From contig MU054541.1 in the NCBI GenBank assembly GCA_013239625.1, positions 6,119,530-6,183,529 on the forward strand: a stretch of 64,000 bases of DNA. The letters are read 5' to 3'. The translations under genes were made by a program, and so were the position numbers. This DNA is from Lama guanicoe (lineage: Eukaryota). The stretch's first letter is position 1. Each line of letters opens with the position of its first letter. Below the pieces are notes generated by a model. The model ran no database searches. It was given only the letters and a program-made list of their open reading frames with translations, and was not told the DNA's origin. This document shows positions 27,060 to 41,177 of this stretch, piece by piece.

Positions 27060-27330
27060 AGTGAAGATACTTAAAAATTGGAAAGTGGCCTCTGTTAGCC
27101 ATTTGAAGTAAGGAGAGTTGACTTAGGTCAAAAAGAAAGGAAAATGTCCTGAGAAAGAAGGAAAAGTGTTATAAGATGCCATTAAAAGGAGGTTGTGGAG
27201 TCTCCTTTTCTGGAAATATTTAAAAACAAGAGAGATCTTCATCTCTCAGGAGAAGTGTTGAAGTCCAGTCCTGCCTTGAGGCAGGAAGATTAACTGGATT
27301 TCGCCCGTGTGGTCTCTCAAGCCAGTGGAA
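27060..27330 (+). mobile_element. CR1/L3 LINE 3' fragment
   Basis: gaggttgtggagtctccttttctggaaatatttaaaaacaagagaga...tcctgccttgaggcaggaagattaactgga resembles the CR1 3' end. Confidence 0.7.
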
Positions 27331-28871
27331 GAGCCCTCTAATGCAGTAAACATTTCACACTCTGTTGGCTGAAACTATTGTTTCATAGCTGTTTGTTTTA
27401 AGCTTGGTTATTATAAGACCAGAGGGAATGTTTGTATAGGTAACAAAATTGAATTTGGATTTGAGGTTGATGCTGTAAATTGTATGTAAATTGTATGTGT
27501 ACCTGAGTCAGTGTTAAAAGCATTAAAGTGTGTGTAGTCCTGAAACTATTCAGAGCATAACTCAGTCTTTTGATGATGTGGAAAGTACCTGCTTTCTTGC
27601 AAGGTCTTAATGCCAATCATCAGTTAATACGTAATTATAAAGCAACTGTTGTGGACACTGCAGGATACAAATATAAATTACGTTGGTTCCTGCTTTCAAG
27701 GATCTTAATCTCCCAGTAGAGATAAAACATATGCTCAGATCATATACATGATAAATGCAAAATAAAATAATTGGGATGGGAGTCATAAAAACAAGATTTA
27801 ACAGTACTGCGAAAACTCAGAAAAAAAAAGGGAAAGCTAATCCCTTTGGATTTTACCAAGGAATGCTTCCTGGAAGAAAAATATGTCGAACTGGGCCAAA
27901 AGGAATATAAAGCATTTTGACGGGTGGAAACGAAGAAAATGACAGGAGTGGAATTATACCTACTAATTCCAAGGTACGGACAAGTTCAGCTGAAGCATAA
28001 GGAAGGTGGGGGGGCGTAGGCTGGAAAGGTCTCCTATGGCCAGTCTCAAATGGCAGGTCAGAGCGCTTGGGTTCTGATTGCTCATGGCTTAAGGGCTCTT
28101 GGAAAAGACTGAGCATGAGAGAGTCCCTGTCCATGGGAGGACTCTGATTTACTGCTAGGATCACAAGGGGGGACAGGCTGTCACAAGGAGACCAGGAAAC
28201 TGGCTGCTGAGTCACCTGACCCAATTTTCTCAGTTAGTGATGTGCTGAGAAACACTAGTGTGTGTTAAGACAAGGCATGCCAATAGGTATTACTTAAGAA
28301 GGGGTCTCCTCATCCCTCCAGTCTAGGGGAAAGGAAGTGCTCCGTGTGGCTGGGGAGGAGGCACCCAGGTGCAGCCTGTCAGTAGGCCCTTCTCCCTGCC
28401 GTGACGCTTAGTTGGAAGAAATCAGTATTGTACCCTGGGATCATTTGATTGGTTCCAGTCAGAATCTTAGTTATCAGGTTCAATGTTCTGTGTTCAGCAA
28501 GAAGAGACAGAATGTTCCATGGTTTCCAAGTATACTCTGGACCATGTCAGCCTCCTCCTGATCCTATTAATGACCCAACTGCACGGAACAGTGTGGGATG
28601 AACTCTTCTGAGAAGGGGAGAGTGTTTGTGTATTTGTTTGTTTTGTCCTGTCTTTTTGCTGGATCCTGAACTGGCCTAGACCTCCTGCCTCTCCCCTAGA
28701 CTTGACTTTCCTTTCATTGGAAAACTTCATTAAGCGTCTCTTAGAGCCCTCTGCAGGGGCCAGTTTCCCCTGCAGACCGCATACCAGAACAGAAGCCTGT
28801 CCTCGGTATTGTGGCCACTGTAGAAAAAAAAAAAGTCTTCTATATAAATGACATTTTACTTAATCCTTTTC

Positions 28872-28907
28872 CTTTTCTCACTTCCCTGCTTTTTCTCACT
28901 TCCCTGC
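28872..28907. repeat. About 18-bp tandem duplication
   Basis: ttttctcacttccctgc x2. Confidence 0.85.
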
Positions 28908-29867
28908 CATTAACCAATAAAGAATTGGGAGATAGAAACAAACCAAAAAGAAAGAAAGAAAGAAAGGATCTCCTCACCAAAATTAATTGGAGAAATAAAA
29001 AGGTTACACAATTTAAATGGGTTGATTTGCAGGAGGTCTATGTAGAGCCTTTAATATTGAGAATTGCATGGAAAATCTTAAATGGGGTAAAATATCTACC
29101 CTTTCCAACATGATTTAATCTTTATTTCACGGACTATCTAATGAAACTGCTGTTCTCTGGAGCACACTTTGGGGAAGTTGCCCTGTGCGTTTCCTAGTGA
29201 TGGCCGGAACATGAGTGGTGGTCACTGGCCTGGAAAACAGTGATTGGATGAGTGTCCTTACGGGGCAGCACCAGCCGTTCCTAGTACGTAGCAGGCATTC
29301 AGTAACTAGACAGAAAACTAATGCATGCAAGAGTGAATTACTGATTGATTAACAATACTTGGCCCAGGATGGGCATCCCAAGATTTCCGGGAATGTGGGA
29401 AGTTTTGACAAAGTTTCAGCTATGCTAGAATGGTAGTATCATGGAAAGTTAGAAGAAACTGGTTTAACGTTGATCACTTCAGTATTTCTTGCAAAGCCAT
29501 GGAAGATCCAGCTAGAGGGTTTCAGCAGGTGCTGGAACTGTGGACTTGGGTGAGAAGTCATTGTTTTTTCCTCAAGAAATGTATCGTTAAAAAATTTTGG
29601 CTAAGATGTCTCCTTGTTTGAATTCTGGATAAGTAGCGATTTTCATATGCAACTTACTCTAATACAAAAAGATAACTATCAATTTAGTCTGAAAGAAACC
29701 TCAGGGTTAACAAAGCATCAAACCTATGGTGTTTTTTGTTTTTGTTTTTGTTTTTTAGTCAGACAATAGCAGGCATCCCCATTTTCATCAGTGAATTTTT
29801 TTTTCAGTCTGATTTGCTCATGGAAGTTAATAAATTTTTAAGTTTAACATTTTGTTCTTTCATTCAG

Positions 29868-29928
29868 GTATTTGCATTTGATTATTGCTTTTGGTCCATG
29901 GATGAATCTAACACTACAAAATATGCTG
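29868..29928 (+). CDS. KIF13A: KIF13A exon 4 (61 nt): VFAFDYCFWSMDESNTTKYA(G)
   Basis: ttctttcattcag|GTATTT...GCTG|gtaagt; peptide matches KIF13A (KIF13B reads AYDHCFWSMDESVKEKY as I recall it). Confidence 0.97.
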
Positions 29929-31774
29929 GTAAGTTGGCGTTCTCTCTGCACGTGACAGTTGGGCCTTTGGCCTCTTCTTCCATTATGTCTGTTTCCTTTA
30001 ATTATTCTGGAGTTCTGTTTTTCCCATAAAAATTCGCACTCATCCTTTCCAATTCTAGCACGCGGGCTTTGCAGTCAATAAGATTTGACTTCAGCATCCA
30101 GCTCAGCCACTGGCTGAGAAGCCATGGGCAGGTCTTTTTTTTCAAACTCATTAGGCTTCAGGTTCTTCCTTGTAAAGGGGTATTCAGTGTCGTCAGAGGT
30201 GTTCGAAGGATAAGAGAGAATGGGGAACCACTTCAAGCCGTAAATGGAAGCTGTTGTCACCAGGTGAAGAGGTTTAATGTGCCAGGCCTTTCCCTGTCAC
30301 TGACTTTCAGAGAATGCACTGCTCCAGTTATACAAGCAAAGCATGGACGGTGTCGGTGTCTAGGACCCCTCACCTCCTGAGTGTTCTAAAGCAGTCAGTG
30401 TGATATGGGCTAAAACTGTACATTCCTCAGGGAAACATTGCCCCCTGGCCTCACATTTTGCTGTTGTTCCTCCCTTGAGGCATTTTATTGCTGTTTCGTT
30501 GAATACAAATGACTGCTTATTTTATTATTTGTGATCGCAGAGGTATCTTAAACTTTCCTAGGAGTTACTACATTAGCTCAAGTGGGAAGCATTTGTTTTA
30601 GTGGAGGAAGTCTTTCATTTCTTCCTTTCTGATCGTGTCCCACTTTTCTTAGATAATATAGTCTTAACAGGGCTGTTTTCTCCTTATTTCTACTTATAAG
30701 AATATGAGCTGAATGACTTTCTCATTTACTTAAAAAAAGAAAGAAAAAAAAGTGAGGGGATGATGGAGAGGATGTAGGTCTTAAAAGATTAGAAGGCAAA
30801 GCAAGTTACTTGCTTGTAGGAAATTTTATTTATTGGTAGCCTTTTCCTTGCCATGTAAAGCAAATTTGTTGAGAACGTACTTGGTAAATAATAAGGCTTT
30901 CTTCAAAAGTTAATAGTCTTGAACAAGGAAAATTCCTTCTGTTTCTCACGTTGGGTAAATTAGCCTTTCTTTCCAAACATTATTTCGGCAACTTCAACAG
31001 TGTATTTTATTAATGTGAATAAATAGTTCTTAGTGTTGGTTGTAATTAATTTGTTGTTGTTTTTTAATCAGTCCTTTGGGACTTTAGATAATGAATTCTG
31101 CAGAGTCTGGAATGGTCTGTCTTGACTGTCAGCACTGTGTATATTTTTTTGCTGGGTGTGTGCTTTTGGACTTAAGTAAGCAAAAGTTAAACGCTTCATA
31201 CTGTGATAGAAACGATTGAGGACAAATGCAGTGGCTGTACAAAGCCCAATCTTACTCTGTTCTCTTGATGTTACTCAGGATATAGTCAAATACGGCTTTC
31301 TGAATTAAAACTCTTATTACGCAATTCTCAAATATTTTCAAGGACTCCTCATCACTTACAGATAAAATCTGTACTCCTTGGATGACGTTTAAGGTCTTTT
31401 ATCATGTCGCCCAGTGTTCCTTCCATGACCTCTGCTCCATGACTCTCTGCTGCCCATTCTGTTCACCAGCCCCGTGTTGTTTGTTCCTTCTATTTAACCC
31501 AGAAAGCCAGAAAGTCTCAGAATAGTTCCTTAAGTATTTATGAGACCCCCTACTGTGTGTGCAGCCTAGGAAACCCTTGAAAATGAAGTTAGAAAGCAAA
31601 TGAATGCGTAACAAACAGCAGTAAACATTTTGAGATAATCCTTAAACTCTAAATTTTACAAGTTTTAAGTCCTATAGAAAAGCCAAGGAGGGGCAAAAAT
31701 CTGGAAAGACTGAAGTTGTCTGGGAAGGCATCATAGAGGAGATGGGACTGAAGCTGGACATAAAAGTTTAGCAT

Positions 31775-31945
31775 GGGGGGAGGGGATAGCCCAGTGATAG
31801 AGTGTGTGCTTAGCATGCAGGAGGTCCTGGGTTCAATCCCCAGTACCTCGGTTAAAACAAACAAACAAATAAATAAATAAACCTAAAGTGAGATTGAAAC
31901 TGGTAAAAGGTACTTGATTAAAATGTTTTTAAAAAAAAAAAAATT
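31775..31945 (+). mobile_element. tRNA-derived SINE (camelid Vic-1-like) with extended tail
   Basis: ggggaggggatagcccagtgatagag...gaggtcctgggttcaatccccagtacctc (A and B boxes), (aaat)n tail; inserted in an L2 relic. Confidence 0.88.
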
Positions 31946-33419
31946 AACATAGGTTTAGCCAAAGGGCAGTATGGAGGGCATCCAGACAAGAGGAAGCAAT
32001 ATGGTATCAAGGAAAGCACATGGACTCTGAAGTCCATCCTAAGTTTAAATCTCAGGATGCTTGCTTTGGTTCTCTTAGACAGTCTAATCTCTCTGAACTA
32101 CAATTTCTCTTCTGTAAAATGGGGACCCTGGAAATGATAATATGTCTCTTACATATTGTTATAAGGGTTAAATAGGTAACTTAATGGGCTGACCCATGCA
32201 GGGTGCCCACAAATGATGCTTCATTTGGCTTATCCGTAAGCGAAGATGCAGAAGTGGGGTGAGCATGGCATGTGGCACTGGTCTGAGCAGAAGGTGCCTC
32301 CTGCAGGGAATCTGTGGGAGACCTACTTGTACATGTTGACTGAGACCGATAATAGGAAAATTTAACTAAGACTAAGAAATGTAGACCGATACGGTGAAAA
32401 ATAGGGGCTATTGGAGTGATACGGTTAAAATAATACTTTAGGAAGATTGTTTTTCTTTCTTTTCCATTTCTTTAGAATTACATCCTCCATTTCTGCCCAA
32501 AGAGACCATTGTAGCTTTCTGCAGTGTATCACTTGTGTCTCTGAATATAGGACAGACCTTCTTTTTTTTTCACTAGAAATAACTTTATTAAGTACTGTTG
32601 ATGAAATTCAAATGTGAAACCCAAGATTTCTGTAGCTCTTCATTATAAACAGTATGCTCAGAAATACTTTAAAAGACAAAAATGATTTTTAAACACACTG
32701 ATAGGGTAAACTTTACTAAATTTTAGTTTGCTTGATCACATCAAATACCATGTTCCAATTAGCCCTGAAATAGGATTCTCTTGGCCAATGGAGCAGTGTC
32801 GATTTATAAAATGTGAGGAGAAGGTTTCTTATACTTTAGCTATCCCCATTATTGTACAAATGCTGTGACCACCCCAACAAAAAGTAAAATTCTTGCTTTC
32901 CATTGTCTCAGGTTTTGTTACACTCTTTGTAAAAATCTGCCTAGTAAATATATTACTAGTTGATTGGTTTCTATACTAATTTGATTTCCTTTCCTCTTTA
33001 GTTAAGAAGAAGCAATTCCTTTTCAGTTGTGAATAGAAACATTAAGATAGAAGAATTCATTCTCTGATGGGACATAGAGGAAACAGAGAAGGGGAAGCAC
33101 ATAGTTCCTGAAGCCGACCTATTTATCAGGCTTAGTGAATAATGGCATCATTGATACTGAATCCAAGCTCTTAAGGCAACTCTCAGAACTTGGGGGAGGG
33201 GTGTGCAGAGAGCAGGAGGGAGAGGGGAGAGGGAGAGATGAGTACATGGATTGAAAGAGCGAAGAGAGGCCGAGGCTGTCCGTTTCATGGACTGTGTCCA
33301 GGGTTAAATCCTCAATTATGTTTTGTGTCACTCTGTTTATTAAAAGCTACAGCAAGTAAGAGCTTCAACTCTCAGGCTGATTTAGAAATACATTAATTCT
33401 ATATAAAGTTGTAATGGCA

Positions 33420-33660
33420 CTGCAGTGGGCTGGTTGGAAGTCAGACAGCCTGGGTTCCACCCCTGCCCCCAGCACCTTTCATCTGTGTAAGGTCGGGTGA
33501 ATTACTGACTCTCACAATGTTTCTGTTTCCTCTTAGGTTAAATAAAGATGATGATAGTTCCGACCTCATTGGGTTGATTTGAGGACTGTGTGACCTGTTT
33601 GTGTAAAGTGCTTAAGTCCACACTAGGTACACAGGAAGGGCTCACTTAATATTTATCATT
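33420..33660 (+). mobile_element. MIR SINE
   Basis: gtcagacagcctgggttcc...tgtgtaaggtcgggtgaattact...gtttcctc...gtaaagtgctta. Confidence 0.7.
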
Positions 33661-36600
33661 GTCACCTTGGAGCAGTGGTACCGACAGTAGCATCAGCCCT
33701 TTGGAGAGAAAATGTATATTCTCCTATTTACGAGACCTGGTTTTGCCACAAACTGCTAAACTTTGCAATGTCTGTCTCTTCATCTGTGAAAGGAGGCGAT
33801 ACGGCCTAGAATGATCTCGGATCTCCTCCAGCCCTCTGGTTAAGCATGAATCAGACATTTTATGCTGGCCACACAGCTGTTGCCGTGGACTTTTCAGAGG
33901 CAAATCAAAGGCTTGTTTGTTAAGCCGTTTGAATTGCATTGAATCATGCTCTAAGACAATTCACTTTTTAAATATACTATCTTATTACTATATTTTGGTT
34001 AGAGAGGCATGATAATCCTTGTCTGCACATAATTCTGAATCTTTAAAGCAAAAACCCTTGTGCCAGGGCTAAGGGAAAAAAAGAAGTAACTTGCAGAATT
34101 AGGCACCCAAAGCATGACATTTCCATGTAAACCCATTTCGCCTCCTCTCCCCAACACCACGCACATAAACAGAAATCCACATTTAGGATTATAAAGTTAC
34201 AGTGAAAACTGATCCGCTTGAGGGCATTGTAACAGATAATAGGTCTTTGTAAATGTTTAAATCACTACTTGTTTCATTTAAGGGATTCTCGACAAAATAT
34301 CAATTTTTTTTAATCACTGCCTAAAATATGCCATGTTGGTAAATAACTGACTTCCAGAAACCGTGGTTTCGCTTTTGCTGTTCTTCGTAGTGGGAGAATA
34401 TTTCTCATAAACCTATTTTCCCGTGAATCTTCATACCAAAAATAAAAATCCATCTCATGGGACATATCTGGGGATCGGTGTGGCCATCAACATTCCCTGG
34501 CCTGAGAGAGTCTAGACTGTGGACTTAGAAATTACATAACCGTTCTTGCCATATGGTGTGTTGCTCAGATTTGCTAAGATGGGTTTTCAGGCAGTGTAAT
34601 ACCCTGCAGTTTAGGAGAAATGTTTTACATCTGATTCTTGTTCTGCTAACGTTGCTTTGTATCATGAGGGGACGGCTGATGGCCTCCTGGCAGTGGGCTC
34701 TTACTGTGGGGAGAGTAGCCATGTTTGATGGGAGGGTTTGTGCGCCCAGAGGTAGAAATGATTTCTGTTTCATATTATTTAACTGTGCATCAAAATGTAC
34801 GTTCTCCAAGCTGACAGTAACCATAATAGAACCAATTTTTTAAGCAGAGTTCCAAAATATTTGTTTTGGCATATTGCACTGGCTCATTATTTTGCCACCC
34901 AAGTGTATGGGAAGCCCTCGGCAAGAGCCTTGCATAGAGTAAATACTCAACAGTTGTTAGATGTTAAGTTTATCTAGGCTGTAGACGTTTTCCCTGTGGT
35001 TATGAGAAGCAGTAGTAGTTGACTATTTGAAACATTTGTTAGAGATCCACTATAAATGGTGCATGCCATCTTAAAAGACATTTATGAAACAATCTGACTG
35101 CAGAACTCTGGTAGATTTTTTTTTTCCTTTACAGTCTTTTACAAATTGTCTCACCCATACCTAATTTGACAGTTCTTTCAGCAACTCACTTTTATCAAGT
35201 TGTTCCTGAGCATCTAGCCTAGTTTTCTTAGAAAAAGCAAACTCTCTTTTTGCATTTGTTAATTATGTAATTACACAACTGATACAAACCAGTTTAGGAG
35301 CAAACACAGCTGACCCTTTGTAGGAACATAACTTGGCTGGTTGGAGTCCGGAGAGTAGCCTACCAGCTAGGTGATTCAGTGTGCAGTCGGCATGCGTCAG
35401 TGTATTTTACAGGTGGAAGAGAGAATGTTGGTTAATTCAGAGAATCTAATATTGTCCCAATTTTACAGATAAGGAAACTGTGGTTCAGAGAGATCTTGCT
35501 GCTTGTGACAGAGCTGAAAGCAACGGTAGATATGGGTTTGGGTCCCTGACAATTATGTGCAAAGATTCTGTGAATTTGACTGCAACCCCAGGCTTCTCTC
35601 TTCTCTCTCATCCCAGCATGAGTCTCTGTTAAGGAAGTCATACTGGAGTGCTCTGGCTTGGAACCTAGCCAGGAATAATCTTAATAGCACTCTCCCTCCT
35701 GTCTGAGAATGCCTGGGTTTGATTTGAGCTTTGTTTTAACTTCCCCTCAAGTGCTGTCAATATCATGCACCCCATAGTCCAGAAGAGATGTTGAGTCAAG
35801 TCTGCGTCTGTATCAGAGAGAGACAGTGGAAAACACCGTCTAGCAGGTAGAGATGAACGTTTACTTTCTCAGCAGTTGTGGTATGTGCAGACGCCCTCCT
35901 GAATCACTCCAGAATGGAGTCTCTGTGAGACAGTCCTCACGGGCTTTTCATCGGGGCCACAGGCCTGACCCCCTCCTCCGTGACTCAGCCACTTTATTGG
36001 GCCACAAAACAGGGAGCTGTGGTTCATTGCCAGCTCTTGGCTGTTCCCAGCACTGTCTCTGGGTGGAAACACCCATCCGGGTGAGTCACCCACGCCCCGC
36101 TGTAAGTGAGGCTCCTGAGGACAGCAGTGCCGGTAGCTCCTGGGGGCCACTGCGGAAAACGGCCCCCTGGTCTACCTTGACCCCCTTGGCCCAGTTTCTT
36201 GGGATCCTTTTACCAGGCCCCTTAATGACAAACTTCTGTAATTGATTAAAACTTAAATCTAGTGTCATCAAGTCAGGCTTTAAAGCCCTAGTTCTTTTAT
36301 CTAAACTACATAGTTTTTGGTCATTGAATGTAAACCAGGTTTAAAGTCCCTACATGCGACAATTTCTGACAGTTGCACCATTTGAAAGAGCTTTACTGAA
36401 ACCTCCGAGTTAGGCATTCCTCAGCCCTTTAGGTATGTGTGAAGAACTTGACTGGTCTTGTGCTGTCCAGGTGCTCTGATTTGGAGCTGGGCCACCTGCC
36501 AAGTCCAGACTCATCAGAATCGTTAGGGCTGTCCCCCTTGTCAAGAGTGGAAAAACACCCTCCCAAATGAGTAGGCCCGGGAATTTAGAATAAAAAATAT

Positions 36601-38499
36601 TGGGCTTAGCCATTTGTTTTCACTCTAACTCCAATGAGAAAAGAGCTGGGGAAAAGAAGGAAAACTGGAGATTGTGTTTAAAGTGACAAAATTATTGATT
36701 GTGTTAAAAAGTCTTGACTGCTCTTCCATGTCGCTGTTTTAGAAATAACTCTGTGCCTGTGTCTTGGCCAGCCTCGTATTGACATAGTGTTTCTTTCAGC
36801 CGTGATCTATGTGAGGCTGCCTTGTGGAGTGCAGATTGTGAGTAAGATAAGGTTATGCCCTCTGATTTTGTTCTTCCTCTTCCTAACACGTACTCACCGG
36901 TATGTTTCACCCAGTTCCTCATCGGTAGTCAAGTGTTAGTAGATGCGTGGTATGTGCTTTCCCTTCCACCCCTAGTTTCTCATCTCCTCTGCTTTGCTGT
37001 CTGGGCCCTGCGATAGAGAGTTACCCTGGTTACCCGGCTCCCAGTGCACAGGCCTACCAGCTTTGAGGCCATTGCTGCTACTCCCTGTGGGGACAGAGTA
37101 TCACAAGTGTAGAGACTCAGGGTGTTAGCTTTTCAAAGACCTGTATTGTGTGACTCAGGGTTGGGTGGGTCAGGTCTGTGACTCTGCTCTGCTGTTCTGA
37201 CATTCTGTTGTGGGTTGCTTTGGGCATGCCTGTGCTTTAAGACTTGTCCACACGGTTCTAGGTGTCTAATCATAAACCCCACAGAGGAAATTGGCATCTT
37301 GGTCATGGTTATGAACAAGTGAGGTCAGGTTTGCCCTGTGGACTCCCTGTGCCAGGCATGTGGAGCTGACGTCTGCAGAGCGGCCCTGGCATAGGGCCTG
37401 TGTAAAAGCCACGAGGCTCTTCCTGGGTTGGAGCGTGTTGTGCCTTTGCTCAGGTTGTCTGGGCTAGAAACAGATGCTCACAGCTCCTCCCGTTCCCCTT
37501 GGGACTGCTGCTCTGTCCCTCCTGGGCTGCGGGGCTGGTACTCACTCCCCTAGACAGACACGCTTCACTCCATCTGAGTGTGCTCTCTTGTCGGGAAACG
37601 TTTGCGGTGGGGATGGTGCATCTTCTGTGGGTTCCCTGATTCCCACCAACCAGCAGCACACACAGCTCCTTTTTTATTGGTGAGCTGAGCTTCGAAGAGC
37701 AGTTGGCAAGTCGTTTTTTTTTCCTATGCTGAAAAAAGGGACTGCTGTGTTTGAAAAATAGAAGGAACAAAAGAGGGGAAAAAAAAAACCTTCAGTCTTT
37801 TGGAGAAACCAGACTCTCCTTAGTAGACTGTGTAAGTGTCTTTGGTAGTTAATATTTTCTCTCCATCGCAGGGTGAAGTTTTGTAGAGAGCTGGTTTATG
37901 CTGAGGACAGGCACCTGTATAGTGTCTGCCGGCATTTTTAGGCTTCGGTTGACAGTCTTATTAGGTTTTTTAAAAAATCATTTATTGTCCCAGTGATGCC
38001 TGAAAGCCATGAAACCAAAGAATTGATTAGGTATAACCCCAGCTAGGGGTTCCTACAGCTACAGCGGCACCAGAATAAAAAAATAAAGGGAGCTCTATTC
38101 ATAATTTTATTGATATGATTTATTAAGTTGTTTTTCCCCCTGTACCTTTCTGAGATAATGTTACAAGAAAAAATGTTAAATGGTAAATATTCTTCCTCCG
38201 CTGAACAACATGGGTCAGCATATTCTGGCCCAGATAATTATTAATGTTGCTGTTCCTTCTTCCTCTCCTCATCATGACCCAAAACACACACACGTTTACA
38301 CACCCCTTTCTTCCTTTCTTTCTCTCAAGTGTGAGTACACCACCACCATTGTATTTGGTCAGTGCAGTCTTAAAAGTGGGACCCCTAGGAGTGTGAGAGA
38401 AAGAGCAATAAATGATTCCTTTAAATTATTTGTTTCTAAGAGTAAGTGTCTTTTCTTTTGCCTTTAAAATTGGATTGCCTCACAGAATTGTTGCAAAGA

Positions 38500-39530
38500 T
38501 GGAGGAACTATTAAAGGAAAAATAATTAGATGATTACCTCCTTTTCTACACCAAAATGAATTTTAGTTGATTAAAGATTTAAGGGATGGTATTAATTATA
38601 GACATTAGCTAAAATATATTCTAGGCTTCTAATGGCCGGACCCTATGGTAAGTGCTTTACCGTATTGCCTTATTATTTCATACCAGCAACAGTAAGATAG
38701 CAACTGTCATTCCTGTTTTACTGATGAAGAAACTGAGGTCTTGCCCAAGGTTACGTAGCTGGTAAGGAGGAGAACTCAGGTTTGGAACTAAAACTGTATA
38801 AATCAAAAACAAAACTAGAAGAAAATATGCTGTGTAATTTGGGGTAATAATAATCCAGAACGATTTTGGAAGCATAACATATGCCATAGATGAAAATCAT
38901 ACAGAAAAAGATGAGAGATTTGAATGTGAAAGACAAAAAGCTTTTGTATGACAAAGAACAACAGAAGACTGAAAAATAAATAACAGACTGGTGGGAAAAA
39001 AAATGTGCAATGTATGATAGACCAAAGGTTAATATCCTTAATATATGATGGGCATTTTAAAAATTAAAAGGTTAATATCCTTAATATATGATGGGCATTT
39101 TAAAAATTAATATTTTAAAAAATTAACAACTAAATCAATTGATTTATAAACATAAACATAGGACCCAAATAGTTTACTATAGAATAAATAGAAATGGACA
39201 ATAAACTAAGGAAAGGGAAATTTTAATTTAACAAAACAAGAGGCTTTCTTTTTTTTCCTGTTATGATTTAGTCAAAACCAAAAAGAACGCTAATAGCCAG
39301 TGTTATTGAAGGTGTAGAAAGAAGGCTCACGATTGCTAGAGGAGTTAGTAATTTGATCTTTTGGAAGTTTGCCTAGTAAAGTGAATAGAAAAGTGCACAA
39401 AGATACATACATAAGGATAAATATTGCAGAAATAAAGGAAAGGGAAATCATCTAAATATCCATAGCAGGGAGCTGACTGCATCGGGTAAGCACATAGTGG
39501 GAGCTAAGCAGCTTTTAAAAAAAAAGTTAG
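38500..39530 (+). mobile_element. Old L1ME-like fragment containing a MIR-like segment (about 38615-38795, - strand)
   Basis: A-rich ORF2 3' region remnants (aacagactggtgggaaaa..tgcaatgtatgatagaccaaagg); MIR core gatgaagaaactgaggt. Confidence 0.55.
39024..39109. repeat. Perfect 43-bp tandem duplication
   Basis: aaaggttaatatccttaatatatgatgggcattttaaaaatta occurs twice head-to-tail. Confidence 0.95.
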
Positions 39531-40898
39531 TATATCTTTGTAGGAGTGCGAAAGTGTTCATTATGCCTTGTTTTTGAGTAAATTTCCCTCCAGACATGAA
39601 GCCATAGTGATAAAATGGGTTCCAGTCTCTCTAGAATCCAGTCTTGCTTAGGTTTGTAAAAATACATGAACTTTACAATATAGTTCTTTGCATTTATCAC
39701 TTTATGTATCATTTTGGGATAGATATTTAAGGACATAAAAGAGAAAAATTGTTTCCAGAAACACAGTATAATTGTTTTCGGCTTTTCCATGTTCCATTTC
39801 ATGTTTCCCAGAATTTTTTCCTCTCCTACTTATAACTAAAACTTTATTAAATATAATAAATCTGAATTATATTCTGTCTGTCAAATGTAACTAAATATCT
39901 AACTGAAAGAACTTGACTTTTTGGAAAGTGTATGTATTCATGTAGTGGAAATCAAAGAGACTAGTCTATTTTTTTTTTCAGTCACATATTTTGTTTCAAT
40001 GTGTAGGAGGTAACTATGGGTGTCTGTAAAAGTGTAATCTGTAATTTTCATCAGAATTATTCAATTAGTGATTACATATGTTGACACGTCTATTCACAAC
40101 CCAGCACCTCACTTAACAAAGATGATTGTAATCTTTAGGGGCTCATTAGAATTTCAAAAACAGCCAGACTTCGACCAAGTGTAAACTCTACAATTAAACG
40201 TTTCTTTTTAAGTTCAGTAAACAATATTTTGATGCCTCAGTCATCAATAATGAGGAGAGGGGGCCCCCGATTAAATACACATTAGTTTGAGAACAGCAGT
40301 GTCAACAGAGGAACAATTTGGTAAATGAAAGTGCTTCCAGGCCAGGTACTCTGCGAAGATGCTACAGCTCCTGTTCTCAAAGCTTGCAATTCAGTAGAAG
40401 AGACAAAATGGGGATGGGGGAAAAATACTGCAATGTGATAAGTTCTGGATTTGTTTGAAAAAAAAATTACCATGGAGACCAGAGGTGGGAATAACTGATT
40501 CTCTGTGCCATGCAGCACGAGCCGCTGATTGCAGATGAGCTCAGCCCGTTTGGGAGTAGCACCCACAGACTCAGGCCTTGCCACTCACTGGTGGCCTAAT
40601 CCTGGGCAGATGACTCACTCTTTAAGAGCCCCGCCCCCATCTCTTTATTGGTTATGATCCATACCTACCACACCTGGGTATTGCAAAGATTCCGTGATAA
40701 AGAATATATAAAGTGTGCTGTAAACGGTTCAGTTGACAAAAAATCAATTTTTTCTTGTTAGTATACACAATAAAAGTATACAAGTTAAATAGGTTAATTC
40801 AGATCCTATTTAGTATTGGCAATAATTTGGAAATAGGCCAAACTTAAGTTTATTCTTATGTTTTTCTGTCCTGGAGCACTCTTTAATCATTTGGTTTA

Positions 40899-41177
40899 TT
40901 TCTACTGTATTTTATTTTATTTTTAATTTTAATTTTATTTTATTGAGTTATGGTCAGTTTACAATGTTGTGTCAGTTTCCAGTATAGAATACAATTTTTC
41001 AGTTATACATGAACTTATACATATTCATTGTCACATACTTTTTCGCTGTTAGCTACCACAAGATCTTGTATACATTTCTCTGTGCTATACAGTATAATCT
41101 TGCTTATCTGTTCTATATATACCTGTCAGTATCTACAAATTTCGAACTCCCAGTCTGTCCCTTTCTACTGTAGTTTT
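40899..41177 (-). mobile_element. 5'-truncated L1 3' end, related to the 21.4-kb element, with TSD
   Basis: High similarity to 21460-21690; flanked by tttctactgta on both sides, right copy followed by gtttt|aa (endonuclease-type site). Confidence 0.88.

Noticed and set aside
31775-31850. tRNA-like sequence (also 11095, 50420, 53600)
   Set aside because: SINE heads with tails and TSDs rather than tRNA genes; cloverleaf is degenerate
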